Source: a virus
Lineage: Duplodnaviria; Caudoviricetes
Strand: one strand, 5' to 3'
IMG/VR virus record: IMGVR_UViG_3300024908_000010
Span: 1 to 53,866 of that record
Length of the DNA stretch: 53,866 nucleotides
Shown here: positions 28,564 through 37,462 of the stretch, piece by piece
Layout: the number at the start of each line of letters is the position of its first letter
Position numbering within the stretch: the first letter of the stretch is position 1
Position numbers and translations under genes: made by a program
The notes under the pieces: generated by a model
What the model was told of the DNA's origin: nothing
The model's input: the letters and a program-made list of their open reading frames with translations, nothing else
The model's database searches: none

Positions 28564-30800
28564 TACAATCCACTTCCTAACTGCTGTTTAATGATGATTT
28601 CCTGATTTTGCAAATCTTTCTTGGTGCGCTCTTTCATGGCAGTATCAGCCAATTGCGCCTTAATCTGTTGAATAGACAAATTGCGCTTGTCGGCAAGCTC
28701 CATCAACTTAGTGTCATATGCCATCTTCGCTAGTAATTCACGGCTTGCACGTTCTTCGCGTGCATCCTGCAAATCAATCTCACGCTGCGTCATCTTCTCT
28801 TGCGTGTTAGCTTGAGATACTTGCACCATGCCTTCTGTACGGATCTTGGTTGCTTCAATCGTTGCTTGTGCGGTAATTGCGCGAGGGTCTTGTGGTGGAT
28901 TCGCCGCGGCCTGCTCTGCCATTTTTGCCAGCTCATCTTCGGTATACATAAACAATTTAGGATTCAATCGCTGCGACTTAAAGTATTCTTGCACCCACTT
29001 TTTGGGGTCAATACCAAATTGAGGGTTAGCAACCATCTCGCCCATTTGTGCAATGTTCTGGTTTTGAATATCACGCTCAACCAGGGCGCTAGAGCCTTTG
29101 GCAATTATTTTGTAATCGCCCTTTTCGCTCTCTGGCACTTCTGGGTCTAAGATCAACCACTCGTAATAGCGTGAAATATGCGGCTCTGTTACTTTGTCAT
29201 CATAGGTTCGTGCAATGCGGCGCATGACCGTTGATGCATTGTTGTTTAGCATCTGCATACCGCCAACTGTTTCAGGTGCGGCACCTTGTTGGCCTTGCAA
29301 TAACATTGGCAAGCCTGTGACATCCTCAGCCATCTTGATTGCGAACTCAACGATGTTAAATAACTGGTCTTGCATAGCAGGAATGTTGATTGCTGCGAAT
29401 GCTTCATTCACTGGACCAACTGCATCTTCAACCATGTACCAAAGCTTACGTGGTGTAATTTGCCAAACACCATCAGCAGGCTCAATAATGCCTCTGCGCA
29501 TGACAATCTGCGGACCACTCATTAAGCCTGCGTTATCCATCACATTACGCACCGCAGCATTCAACATGCGCTGTGGCGTTCTAATTTGTCTTGATACGCC
29601 GATACCAGCCCAGTAGCCATCACGCTCTTGCCAGTTCATCACGTCATAAGGGAATGCACCGCTATCAAGTGGATTAATTGCCGCCTTTACTACACGGTCA
29701 TTAATCATCACCACGATTGCTGGCACGCTATCATCACCTTCACATGGGCACCCTGCGGCTTCCATATCCTCTGGTGAAATAAAGCCTGTGTAATACCAAA
29801 TCTCGTATTGGCTCTTATTGTCCAAGTTAAGTGATTGACGTTCTGCGTCTTTCTCTTCTAGGTTCTTTTTCTGCGGACCTTCTTCAATACACATTTCCAA
29901 CATTTCTTTAATGTATGAAGGGTCTTGTTTCAAATCATCCATGCCACGAATAGTGATACGGTCTTTCTCAAAGACAAACGAACCATTGTGAATATCATTG
30001 CCGCATGAAGGGTCTGGGTATAAATCCCAACAATCAATTGAGCGTGATTCTGGGTAGATTTCCATCTTGCGAACAATAGAAGTTAAGCCGCCTTCTTTGC
30101 TAATTGATCCAACGGTTCTAGCGACTGGGTACGGACCTTTAATCACTCCGGTACCTAACCTTGCGCAACTTTCAATCACCTTGCGTGTTTCGTGGTTAAA
30201 GCGAGATTCTTTTAACCAATCATCAATGCGTGTTTCAGCATCCTTAGCGGCAAGTCGTGCAACCTCAAGTATTTGTTCGGCATGTTCGCCTACGGTCATT
30301 TGCTTTGGATTGCCTGCATCATCTGAACTCATAACAGGCTGGCCGTTAGGTGCAACTAATGGCTCTTTGCTTTTGTTATTCTTTAGCAAGCTTGGGATTG
30401 GTGTAGGTTCTATTGCCCAGTTCTGATCATCAGTAGGTAATAACATATCAGCCACCTTTGCGGCAGCTGCATCAACGTATGATCGAGTAATGTTTAAGAA
30501 AATGCGTGAACGTGTTGCTTTTTTTTTATCCTTGTCGGCTCCGCCTTCTGGTGATAAAGGCTTGCCACGGTTACGATACAGGTCGCGGTTAGCGTCATCT
30601 ATCCCCTCGTAGTGATCTTCATCCTCGCGCCAATCCTCTTCAATGCCAGATAGTTGACGCGCCTGAATAGCTTCTTCGCGCTTTTTAACTAAGACTGTGC
30701 TTAAAGATTGCAGCCTAGAGATACGTTCTTCGTAGGCTTTCTGCTCTTCAAGCTTTTGCGCCTCTTCATCAATCTGCGCCGTTAATTCAACGTTGTTCAT
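28563..30800 (-). CDS. Portal protein (P22-like podovirus type)
   Basis: 745 aa, RLGTGVIKGP, DLYPDP, EDVTG, C-terminal coiled coil; follows terminase. Confidence 0.88.
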   Translation of the reverse strand: MNNVELTAQIDEEAQKLEEQKAYEERISRLQSLSTVLVKKREEAIQARQLSGIEEDWREDEDHYEGIDDANRDLYRNRGKPLSPEGGADKDKKKATRSRIFLNITRSYVDAAAAKVADMLLPTDDQNWAIEPTPIPSLLKNNKSKEPLVAPNGQPVMSSDDAGNPKQMTVGEHAEQILEVARLAAKDAETRIDDWLKESRFNHETRKVIESCARLGTGVIKGPYPVARTVGSISKEGGLTSIVRKMEIYPESRSIDCWDLYPDPSCGNDIHNGSFVFEKDRITIRGMDDLKQDPSYIKEMLEMCIEEGPQKKNLEEKDAERQSLNLDNKSQYEIWYYTGFISPEDMEAAGCPCEGDDSVPAIVVMINDRVVKAAINPLDSGAFPYDVMNWQERDGYWAGIGVSRQIRTPQRMLNAAVRNVMDNAGLMSGPQIVMRRGIIEPADGVWQITPRKLWYMVEDAVGPVNEAFAAINIPAMQDQLFNIVEFAIKMAEDVTGLPMLLQGQQGAAPETVGGMQMLNNNASTVMRRIARTYDDKVTEPHISRYYEWLILDPEVPESEKGDYKIIAKGSSALVERDIQNQNIAQMGEMVANPQFGIDPKKWVQEYFKSQRLNPKLFMYTEDELAKMAEQAAANPPQDPRAITAQATIEATKIRTEGMVQVSQANTQEKMTQREIDLQDAREERASRELLAKMAYDTKLMELADKRNLSIQQIKAQLADTAMKERTKKDLQNQEIIIKQQLGSGL

Positions 30801-30808
30801 GGATGTTA

Positions 30809-31057
30809 TTACTCTTCCATGTCCATCATCATGCCGCTTTTAATTGGCTCTTTTACGCTTGCATTAAATGCCGCTTCTTCAACTTCTGGTGGAGGCTCAT
30901 CACCTAGTAAAATACGCTCAGCTACATCAACACCTGCTTCAAAAGTTTCTACTGGCTCAAAGTCTTGAGTGTCAATCGTAGCTGGATCAACTTCACCAAC
31001 TGTCATTTGGCCTTCATCGGATAACATAATAACTACTGCGAATGGCATGATAAACAC
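30809..31057 (-). CDS. Acidic hypothetical protein
   Basis: GGAG RBS, between the late promoter motif and the portal gene. Confidence 0.55.
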   Translation of the reverse strand: MFIMPFAVVIMLSDEGQMTVGEVDPATIDTQDFEPVETFEAGVDVAERILLGDEPPPEVEEAAFNASVKEPIKSGMMMDMEE

Positions 31058-31083
31058 TCCGTAAACTAATTTAATTTACAGAA

Positions 31084-31107
31084 AAGATAACAGTGTCCAT
31101 GTGTGTG
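31084..31107 (-). promoter_or_regulatory. Putative late promoter motif, copy upstream of the portal block
   Basis: CACACACATGGA-cactgt-TATCTT. Confidence 0.55.
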
Positions 31108-31115
31108 ACAGGCGT

Positions 31116-31142
31116 AAAAAAGCCCACGGCTTAGGTGGGCTT
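31116..31142 (-). terminator. Intrinsic terminator after the terminase block
   Basis: AAGCCCAC-loop-GTGGGC-T6 on the minus strand. Confidence 0.75.
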
Positions 31143-31169
31143 GGTGTTAACCTTTATTCAATGTGGACT

Positions 31170-31358
31170 TTAGGCATTAACCTTTACCATATCCTTGCCA
31201 TTCCAAACTAAAGTCACACGATTAGTTACCTTGCCGCAGTGAACACAAGTATGCGTTCGATCATACTTAGTGACGATTTGAGCATTAATAGATGGCATCC
31301 ATTTATCTTCTATGCGTATTGAGTGAAATCCTAAGTTACAAATAAATTTTCTAATCAT
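31170..31358 (-). CDS. Small Cys/His zinc-binding hypothetical protein
   Basis: ICNLGFH..CVHCG; AAGGA RBS. Confidence 0.6.
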   Translation of the reverse strand: MIRKFICNLGFHSIRIEDKWMPSINAQIVTKYDRTHTCVHCGKVTNRVTLVWNGKDMVKVNA

Positions 31359-31385
31359 TGCACAGTCCTTTTATAAATTGTCATA

Positions 31386-32178
31386 TCAATACCCAACTTC
31401 GCTATCAAGTACACCAAATCCAGATGAAGGAGCAGTCCGTTTAGGTGTGTTTACTTTGGCGTGGCGTAGCATCATGACCGCATATCTAACCGCACTCAAA
31501 ATATCATCAAACTCTTTAACTATTTTACCATCCTTGCGATGATATAAGCGGTACTCTTCAAAGTAACCGTCCAAATGTGCGAACACTTTAAACCGCCCTG
31601 TTTGCATACGGTCTAATATTTCAAGCACACCTGCCTCAACGCCATTACCGCCGGTGCCTTCTTCTTCACCTTTTTGTGGTGGATGAGTTGCTTTATCCTT
31701 AAGCATATTCACGCCTAAGTTACGGTACTGTTGTGCAATGGCTTCGCCAGAACCTTTGTCGTGCTGCAATCCATCATGAGGCCATGCAACAGGAATCCAT
31801 TTACCCCTTGCGTTGATTGAAACAGAATGCACGGCTGGCGTTTGCTCACTCAATCTGTGAATGTCATATACATAAACAATGTCTGCATCTCTATCCCATG
31901 CAATCCAACCTGCTGCAGTCGGGTGATCCCAACCGAAGTCCAAACCTGCAATGCGTGGCCAGTGTGCAGGGATTGAGAAAGGCTGCACTTTAATCAACTC
32001 TTCATCTATTGTAAAAATACGTCCTGAACCTAGCACTGGAATCCCCCTTGATCGTGCATCACGTAGATGCGATGGTGTCGAATCTAACAATTCTCTTTTA
32101 GTTTTCTCGCTGAGGTGAGGTACATCGTCAATTCCACCCTGCCATAACAAGGTACTTCGATTCAGAAACTTTAGGCAT
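31386..32178 (-). CDS. terL: Terminase large subunit, C-terminal part (lid + RNase H nuclease); frameshifted near 32130
   Basis: DDVPHL..RDARSRGIP..GLDFGWDHPTA..WPHDG..DDILSAVRY; upstream MPKVSESKYLVMAGWN* lies in another frame. Confidence 0.85.
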
Positions 32179-32238
32179 CTGATCCCCCTGATATGGCAAG
32201 GCGTGTTTGGCCTGCTCCATTCATGTAGTTGGCTTTCA

Positions 32239-33003
32239 TTATTTAAGCTTCATTCCCTTTGGTATGAACTGCATTACTGTATCTGTCATGCCTTCTAGTG
32301 GTGTAAATGTCATGTAAATTAAACCTTCTGTTGTTGCTGTTCTTATCAAGCATTCGCCATATATATCCATTGGCGGCTCTTCGTCCAACCAAATGCCATC
32401 TTGTTCAGTGCCTTCAAAAGCACCCCTGCCTTGTTGATATGATTTAAGGCCAAGCAAAGAGAAGCCTCCATTAACATGTTTAATCTCTACCTTATCAATC
32501 AAATCACTAACGCCTTGCTTCCAGCTAATATCACCGATGCATTCACCTGGTATTAATCCAGTGCCGCTTAATCGCTTAGTTGACCCACTGCCTTGCACCT
32601 TGCCAAATAACTTAGCTTGCACAATGTCGCGTGTAGTTTCATTCGTCTTACCAGCCGCCCAAAAGCTAACTGGCGCATCCCACATCGCACCATTCCACCA
32701 TGGAGGATATAACCCTGTTAAATGCAATGCCGTTTCATAACCTCCTGCGCCTTCTGTCTTACCGATACGATTTGCCGCCATAAAACAACGCTCTCTGTAT
32801 ATGTCGCCAGCCTCGAAAAACTCCATGTGCTTAGGATATAACTCACGGCGCAATGGGCCTTCTTCTGGGTAATATGTATAAAGTTTTCTTCTACTTAGCC
32901 TTCGTAGCTGCTCTTGCTGAATTTTTAGCGCTTCCAATTGCAGCTTGCGCAGCTCTGAGGGCTTCTTGGTTAGCGTTGTATCGCTGTTCAAGTTCATCGT
33001 CAT
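32239..33003 (-). CDS. terL: Terminase large subunit, N-terminal ATPase part
   Basis: YPKH, Walker A AANRIGKT, Walker B IWLDEE, coupling motif TFTP; stop shortly after. Confidence 0.9.
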   Translation of the reverse strand: MTMNLNSDTTLTKKPSELRKLQLEALKIQQEQLRRLSRRKLYTYYPEEGPLRRELYPKHMEFFEAGDIYRERCFMAANRIGKTEGAGGYETALHLTGLYPPWWNGAMWDAPVSFWAAGKTNETTRDIVQAKLFGKVQGSGSTKRLSGTGLIPGECIGDISWKQGVSDLIDKVEIKHVNGGFSLLGLKSYQQGRGAFEGTEQDGIWLDEEPPMDIYGECLIRTATTEGLIYMTFTPLEGMTDTVMQFIPKGMKLK

Positions 33004-33673
33004 TTAACCTTTCAAAATCACCAGGGGAGCCAGTTTCTTTGCGCTCAATGAACATTCCTAGATGCTTAGCAACATTCTCTAGCGCAGAACTCTGGTCAAT
33101 CATCTTTATTTCAAGACCTTCTTTAGTGACCTTAACCCCTGCATAAAGCATTGCTGTTTGTTCATCAATGGTGCGTGTGTCATGTGGCGTGACTTCACCA
33201 GTGCCGCGACCAAAACATTTAGGACACTGTGCATGTGGAGTATGTGTTGGGTTAAATCCATAGCCACCGCCATTGTCTGGTATAACATGCACCTCATCTG
33301 GATTTGCTTCGGCATAGTTCACAGCTTCTGCATAGGCTGATGTAAATTCATCTTCATCAATCCATTGATACAAATGTGATTTACCATAGCAATAACGGCA
33401 AGCGCAGCGCCTATACTCAATTAGCTTGCGCGGATCTGCTGTTGCAATCTTCCACCAGCGATCAAGCACCATGTCTTGAGTGATTTCAGTACGTTTTGAG
33501 CGCTCATCTATTCGCATGGCGATATATTCAGAAACCTTAACATTGCTTAACAATCTTGAAGCCTGAACTTCTGCCGTCTTTTCTGAATACCCACAACGAA
33601 TAGCAGCCTGCTTACCATTAAGATCAACAAGGTACTCATCACCAAATCTAATTTGTTTTTCATTTAAACTCAA
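32891..33673 (-). CDS. terS: Terminase small subunit with Zn-finger insertion
   Basis: KQIRF..YLVDLNGKQAAIRCGYS..ASRLL; CRYC..CPKC; LAKHLGMF-like end; TTG start after GGAG. Confidence 0.9.
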   Translation of the reverse strand: MSLNEKQIRFGDEYLVDLNGKQAAIRCGYSEKTAEVQASRLLSNVKVSEYIAMRIDERSKRTEITQDMVLDRWWKIATADPRKLIEYRRCACRYCYGKSHLYQWIDEDEFTSAYAEAVNYAEANPDEVHVIPDNGGGYGFNPTHTPHAQCPKCFGRGTGEVTPHDTRTIDEQTAMLYAGVKVTKEGLEIKMIDQSSALENVAKHLGMFIERKETGSPGDFERLNDDELEQRYNANQEALRAAQAAIGSAKNSARAATKAK

Positions 33674-33778
33674 AGCATCACTCCTGCATTGCTTGCCTGC
33701 AGCGCTGCACTGTTTCAATAGTTGTGTTTAATACATATTCAGCAGACAATTCTATTTTTTTAGGCGTAAGCTCTGCCA

Positions 33779-33994
33779 TTACATACCATCCCGATAATTC
33801 TTAGCAGGAATCCTGCCTGCTTGTTCTTTTTTAATCTGGCAACCGCCCAAAAAAGAATTTTCATAAGCAAAGTTACCGCCTTTCCACTCTTCGCTACATT
33901 TTTTATTACCTTCCAAATACGTAGCAATACAGCCAAATAAAATAAGCACCGCAATAATTAATATTGAGCGAATCATTTCTATAATTATGTTCAT
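33779..33994 (-). CDS. Small membrane-anchored hypothetical protein
   Basis: N-terminal TM helix, C..GC motif, IPAKNYR. Confidence 0.55.
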   Translation of the reverse strand: MNIIIEMIRSILIIAVLILFGCIATYLEGNKKCSEEWKGGNFAYENSFLGGCQIKKEQAGRIPAKNYRDGM

Positions 33995-34046
33995 ATCAAC
34001 TTTTCTTTCTCATCGTTTAAAACAGATTTTTATAAGTCATTTGGCT

Positions 34047-34457
34047 TTAATCATCCTCACAAACATGAACACGCGCTTTTACTGTTGATGGTATCGGCAC
34101 TACTTGGCTAAATATCCCAATGTTATAAATCACTGGCACTTGTTTCTTTCGGTACAAATGCGTCACTCTGTTTCTTTTCTTGTAATCTACCCACTCAACT
34201 TTCTTGCACTCTATTGAATCCAATCGCTCTACCGCTATTTGTAGGAGCTTTACCGCCTGGTGAAAGTTAATGCCAACGTTCTTACTAATCTCTGCCGCTG
34301 ATTGCCACTCATTACTTAACGAGCCGTCTAGTAAAACAATGTTTTCTAGCTTTCTCTGTCTGCGTGATTTTTTAGAGAAGAACGATTTATAGCGAACTAC
34401 AATCGTTCCCAAGTCATCCCATAAAGGGTATTTAAAGTTGTCGTAAATTACGCGCAT
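34047..34457 (-). CDS. Hypothetical protein, possible winged-helix
   Basis: WQSAAEISKNVGI..AVKLL..LYR. Confidence 0.55.
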   Translation of the reverse strand: MRVIYDNFKYPLWDDLGTIVVRYKSFFSKKSRRQRKLENIVLLDGSLSNEWQSAAEISKNVGINFHQAVKLLQIAVERLDSIECKKVEWVDYKKRNRVTHLYRKKQVPVIYNIGIFSQVVPIPSTVKARVHVCEDD

Positions 34458-34459
34458 TG

Positions 34460-34615
34460 CTACCCTGCTTTAACTTCTTCCAGTTTCTGCATCTTGACTA
34501 TATCTGCCACCATCTGATGCGCAGGTGATTTGTCGTCAATGACAGGGTGAAATTTAACTTCTATCTCTACCTCGCCGTTTGGTAGGTCTTTAATCTTTAC
34601 TAATGCTTCTGCCAT
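34460..34615 (-). CDS. Hypothetical protein (51 aa)
   Basis: MAEALVKIKDLPNGEVEIEVKFHP..SPAHQ; AAGGGG RBS; not in the ORF track. Confidence 0.55.
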   Translation of the reverse strand: MAEALVKIKDLPNGEVEIEVKFHPVIDDKSPAHQMVADIVKMQKLEEVKAG

Positions 34616-34641
34616 TTCATTCCCCTTCGTTAAAAAATTTA

Positions 34642-35322
34642 TTACAACAATCCCATGGTTGAAGCAATATGCACCTTGCCGGTCCTAGTTGGCACTCTTG
34701 GTACATGTTGCATTTTTACTGTCATCACGCCGTTCACATACTTTGGCTTATCTTCTGGCTCATCTTTTTTCATGCGCAAATCTTTAACATCTGGCTCTCT
34801 TAAACTGCCTTGGTCATACAAAGGCTCAACTGTTCTATACAGCATCAATCGCTGGCTTTCTTGTCCTGATATTTCTTCAAGGTACCCTGCATCACGTAAG
34901 AATCTAAAGTGAGCATAAAATGCGTTATCTGATTGCAGACCTATTAACAGTCTTACTTCTGAGCCTTTCTTTGCACTGGCGCAAACATCTAAAATCTTCT
35001 GCCTAATCTCTGCTGTACTTAAGTTGGTTACTTGGCCTGCTTTAATGTACTTACTTTTTCTCAGTTCGTTTTTTACGCCTGATAAGCGCTTAACAAAGTT
35101 AACCTCACGATCAGTGAGTTCTGTTTTGAGTGATTGATATAAATTGCACCATCTTCCGTTTTTGCTTGTGCCACGCGAAATAGTCATTAATCCTTGCGAT
35201 ACGAATAGATTGCACATCTGATTTAGTTTGATGTAATCAGATTGGTGTTCTGATTTATCTTTTGCACCTGATGGCTCTTCAAACATTCTTAGCACTTTTT
35301 CATATTTTTGCTTTTCGTTCAT
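34642..35322 (-). CDS. Hypothetical protein with possible tandem winged helices (late-regulator position)
   Basis: 226 aa; two similar KVL/KIL..G..LY units; follows ninG where Q normally lies. Confidence 0.55.
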   Translation of the reverse strand: MNEKQKYEKVLRMFEEPSGAKDKSEHQSDYIKLNQMCNLFVSQGLMTISRGTSKNGRWCNLYQSLKTELTDREVNFVKRLSGVKNELRKSKYIKAGQVTNLSTAEIRQKILDVCASAKKGSEVRLLIGLQSDNAFYAHFRFLRDAGYLEEISGQESQRLMLYRTVEPLYDQGSLREPDVKDLRMKKDEPEDKPKYVNGVMTVKMQHVPRVPTRTGKVHIASTMGLL

Positions 35323-35912
35323 GCTGCTAACCTTTCTTGTTCTTTTTTTGCTTCTTTAATCATTGATTTAAACTTTGCGATCAATTCTTTACACTCATCT
35401 ACGGTGTAGCGGTGGATTTCGTTGTAGTTCTCTATAAATTCAAATCGCTCCATGCCTATTTTCTTTATCAGTCGTGGGCGGTAATAGAATGTATTGCTGC
35501 TTAAATGCACATTGCAGTTGTTGCTACATTGCTTGTGTATGTTGTCTAGGTGAAATCTCAACTGTGGTGCGGCCTTCACAGTGCGGTAATGCCCTGCATC
35601 GTATTTAATGTTTGGGTTAGTCGTTCCGCAACTGATACAAGGCTCGTAAAAATCTCTTAACTTCACATACTGGTTACAGTAGCGCTCTACAATCTTTAAC
35701 CACTTTGATAGCGGCCTAATCTCTACAAGCTTCTGCTTAGTTTCTTTCCGTACTCGCTTGGCCTCACTCGCCTCACGTTTAATGCGTAGGCTTTTGGCGT
35801 GATCCGCAGCGCATTGCCAATCACATACCGATTGCATCTGCTTCTCTGGCTGAAAGTATTTTTTGCAGGCTTTGCAGCGTTTCTTCTTAGGTGGTTTGAT
35901 TGGTTTAATCAT
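35319..35912 (-). CDS. ninG: NinG/Rap-family recombination endonuclease
   Basis: CKAC..VC..C, LRD..PCISCG, DAGHY, NIHKQC..CN. Confidence 0.92.
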   Translation of the reverse strand: MIKPIKPPKKKRCKACKKYFQPEKQMQSVCDWQCAADHAKSLRIKREASEAKRVRKETKQKLVEIRPLSKWLKIVERYCNQYVKLRDFYEPCISCGTTNPNIKYDAGHYRTVKAAPQLRFHLDNIHKQCSNNCNVHLSSNTFYYRPRLIKKIGMERFEFIENYNEIHRYTVDECKELIAKFKSMIKEAKKEQERLAA

Positions 35913-36400
35913 GCAAACCTCAACATCTTCTCTACTACGTTATTCACCTCTTCGCGCCCTGCGTATGTGCTTAAAACATCAGCAAGCAATACATCAAGGC
36001 AACGGTTATAAACTTCTTCAAAGTCTGGTTGCTCCATCCTTGCAAAGCTGATTGACTTAGGTTCTAACCTTAAACGACCATCTAGCCCGAATGTCTGCTC
36101 ATAAAACCCTGCGGCAATCAGTACATCAGCGCGGAATATTTCAAAGTTCTTTTGCACTTCGCGGCCTTTGTAGCTTTTATGCTTGCGCTGTGGCTCCCAT
36201 GCATCAAAGCCTAGGTTCAACATTGCGAAAAACTTGCGATGATGGCGGCTATTGCGTGGTAACTTTGCCTCGATAGAACACAACTCACCCTCTTCAAGTC
36301 TGCTTAAGCGTGTCTTGAAGTTTTTGTAAGCAACCTGATCGGCTTCACTCATTCCGCGAAGTGAGCCGTCTGGTTGTTTTACTAGGGTGATGGTTGCCAT
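35909..36400 (-). CDS. DUF1367 (NinB-like) protein
   Basis: PRN..HRKFFAML..AGFY..PKSISFARM..FEEVY. Confidence 0.85.
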   Translation of the reverse strand: MATITLVKQPDGSLRGMSEADQVAYKNFKTRLSRLEEGELCSIEAKLPRNSRHHRKFFAMLNLGFDAWEPQRKHKSYKGREVQKNFEIFRADVLIAAGFYEQTFGLDGRLRLEPKSISFARMEQPDFEEVYNRCLDVLLADVLSTYAGREEVNNVVEKMLRFA

Positions 36401-37260
36401 TAGTCAGTACACCCACAATCCGCAAGCTCAACATCCTCGTAACCGTAAAAGTCACCTTGGCTTACTGCCATTTGTTTAATTTCAAAGTAGCTAGGCCTAT
36501 CTTTTCTAAACTTACCTGTCTTTGCGATAAGTTCTTTTTCAGAAAATGGCCTTGATTCTTGCTCGATCCACCAGTCTGCTAGGCTTGGCGCTTCACTTAC
36601 CAATGAGAGCGTTTGTCCTGCGCCTTTTAAAAAGCACAAATCACAATTGCCGTGCATAGTTTTGCCGTTCATGTTTGGCAAGTTGAGATCAAACGGCTGA
36701 CCTTTCCAAAACTTTCCAACATCTGCGGCCGTTATTCCGATGCTTGCCAATGGTGCGTATCGTTCAAATGGTTCTGATGATGGGATTGATAACTTAGCCA
36801 CACGGCTTGGCTCGTCCGATCTAAAACCAATGGCAACATCCCAGTTCTTCCAGCCAAGAACTTGTTGTGCATATAGCTTCATTACGCGAATTTTTAATTC
36901 AATCGTGCAAAATCGCATTGTTGGATTAGGCAGATAGTTCTTATGCGTAATGAGGTCGGCAAACGGCTCGCCATTTCTGCTTGCTGTTTCGTAAGTCACT
37001 TCACGCCAGCGCTTTTGTGGCTCTTCGTGTGATTGATACTCAAGCCATACAATCGGCACATTCCAGCGTTTTGAACACTCATTAACAAAGTCCAATGTTT
37101 GCGGCATTTCTTTACCTGTGTTTGCAAATACAACCTTTACAAAATCAGGTAATACTCGATCATGAGCATCAAGCAACATATCAAGCATCATTCCGCTAGT
37201 GCGGCCACCGCTAAAACTAAGCATAGTTGGTGATGTTATTACTAAGCCCATACCTACCAC
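36400..37260 (-). CDS. PAPS-reductase-like adenine nucleotide alpha hydrolase
   Basis: PP-loop SFSGGRTS, FANTGKE, RFCT.ELK, GNCDLCFLK, C-terminal CGC. Confidence 0.85.
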   Translation of the reverse strand: MVGMGLVITSPTMLSFSGGRTSGMMLDMLLDAHDRVLPDFVKVVFANTGKEMPQTLDFVNECSKRWNVPIVWLEYQSHEEPQKRWREVTYETASRNGEPFADLITHKNYLPNPTMRFCTIELKIRVMKLYAQQVLGWKNWDVAIGFRSDEPSRVAKLSIPSSEPFERYAPLASIGITAADVGKFWKGQPFDLNLPNMNGKTMHGNCDLCFLKGAGQTLSLVSEAPSLADWWIEQESRPFSEKELIAKTGKFRKDRPSYFEIKQMAVSQGDFYGYEDVELADCGCTD

Positions 37261-37460
37261 TCAACCTTTGCAGGCTCTTCATCAGTACCCTTGCTCTCGT
37301 AATTAGGGCAATCGGCAGCAACCCAAAAATCACGGTAGCCAACGCCATAGCCATTCGGTAAGAACCGTTTGCACTTCTCTCGATGCTGGCAAATGTGCGT
37401 TTGCACTGGTGATTCACCGCGGCAAAACTCGTATGAACTTGTTGGTGTTGGCTTACTCAT
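37254..37460 (-). CDS. Small Cys-rich hypothetical protein
   Basis: C..C....C.RF..C pattern. Confidence 0.55.
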   Translation of the reverse strand: MSKPTPTSSYEFCRGESPVQTHICQHREKCKRFLPNGYGVGYRDFWVAADCPNYESKGTDEEPAKVEW

Positions 37461-37462
37461 GA

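Noticed and set aside
32130-32150. TTG start (MLWQGGI) for the terminase nuclease ORF
   Set aside because: No SD, and the conserved-looking residues (KYLVMAGW) are in the other frame
2265-33340. Many + strand ORFs in the track across the late region
   Set aside because: Antisense shadows of long minus-strand genes, with no motifs or RBS
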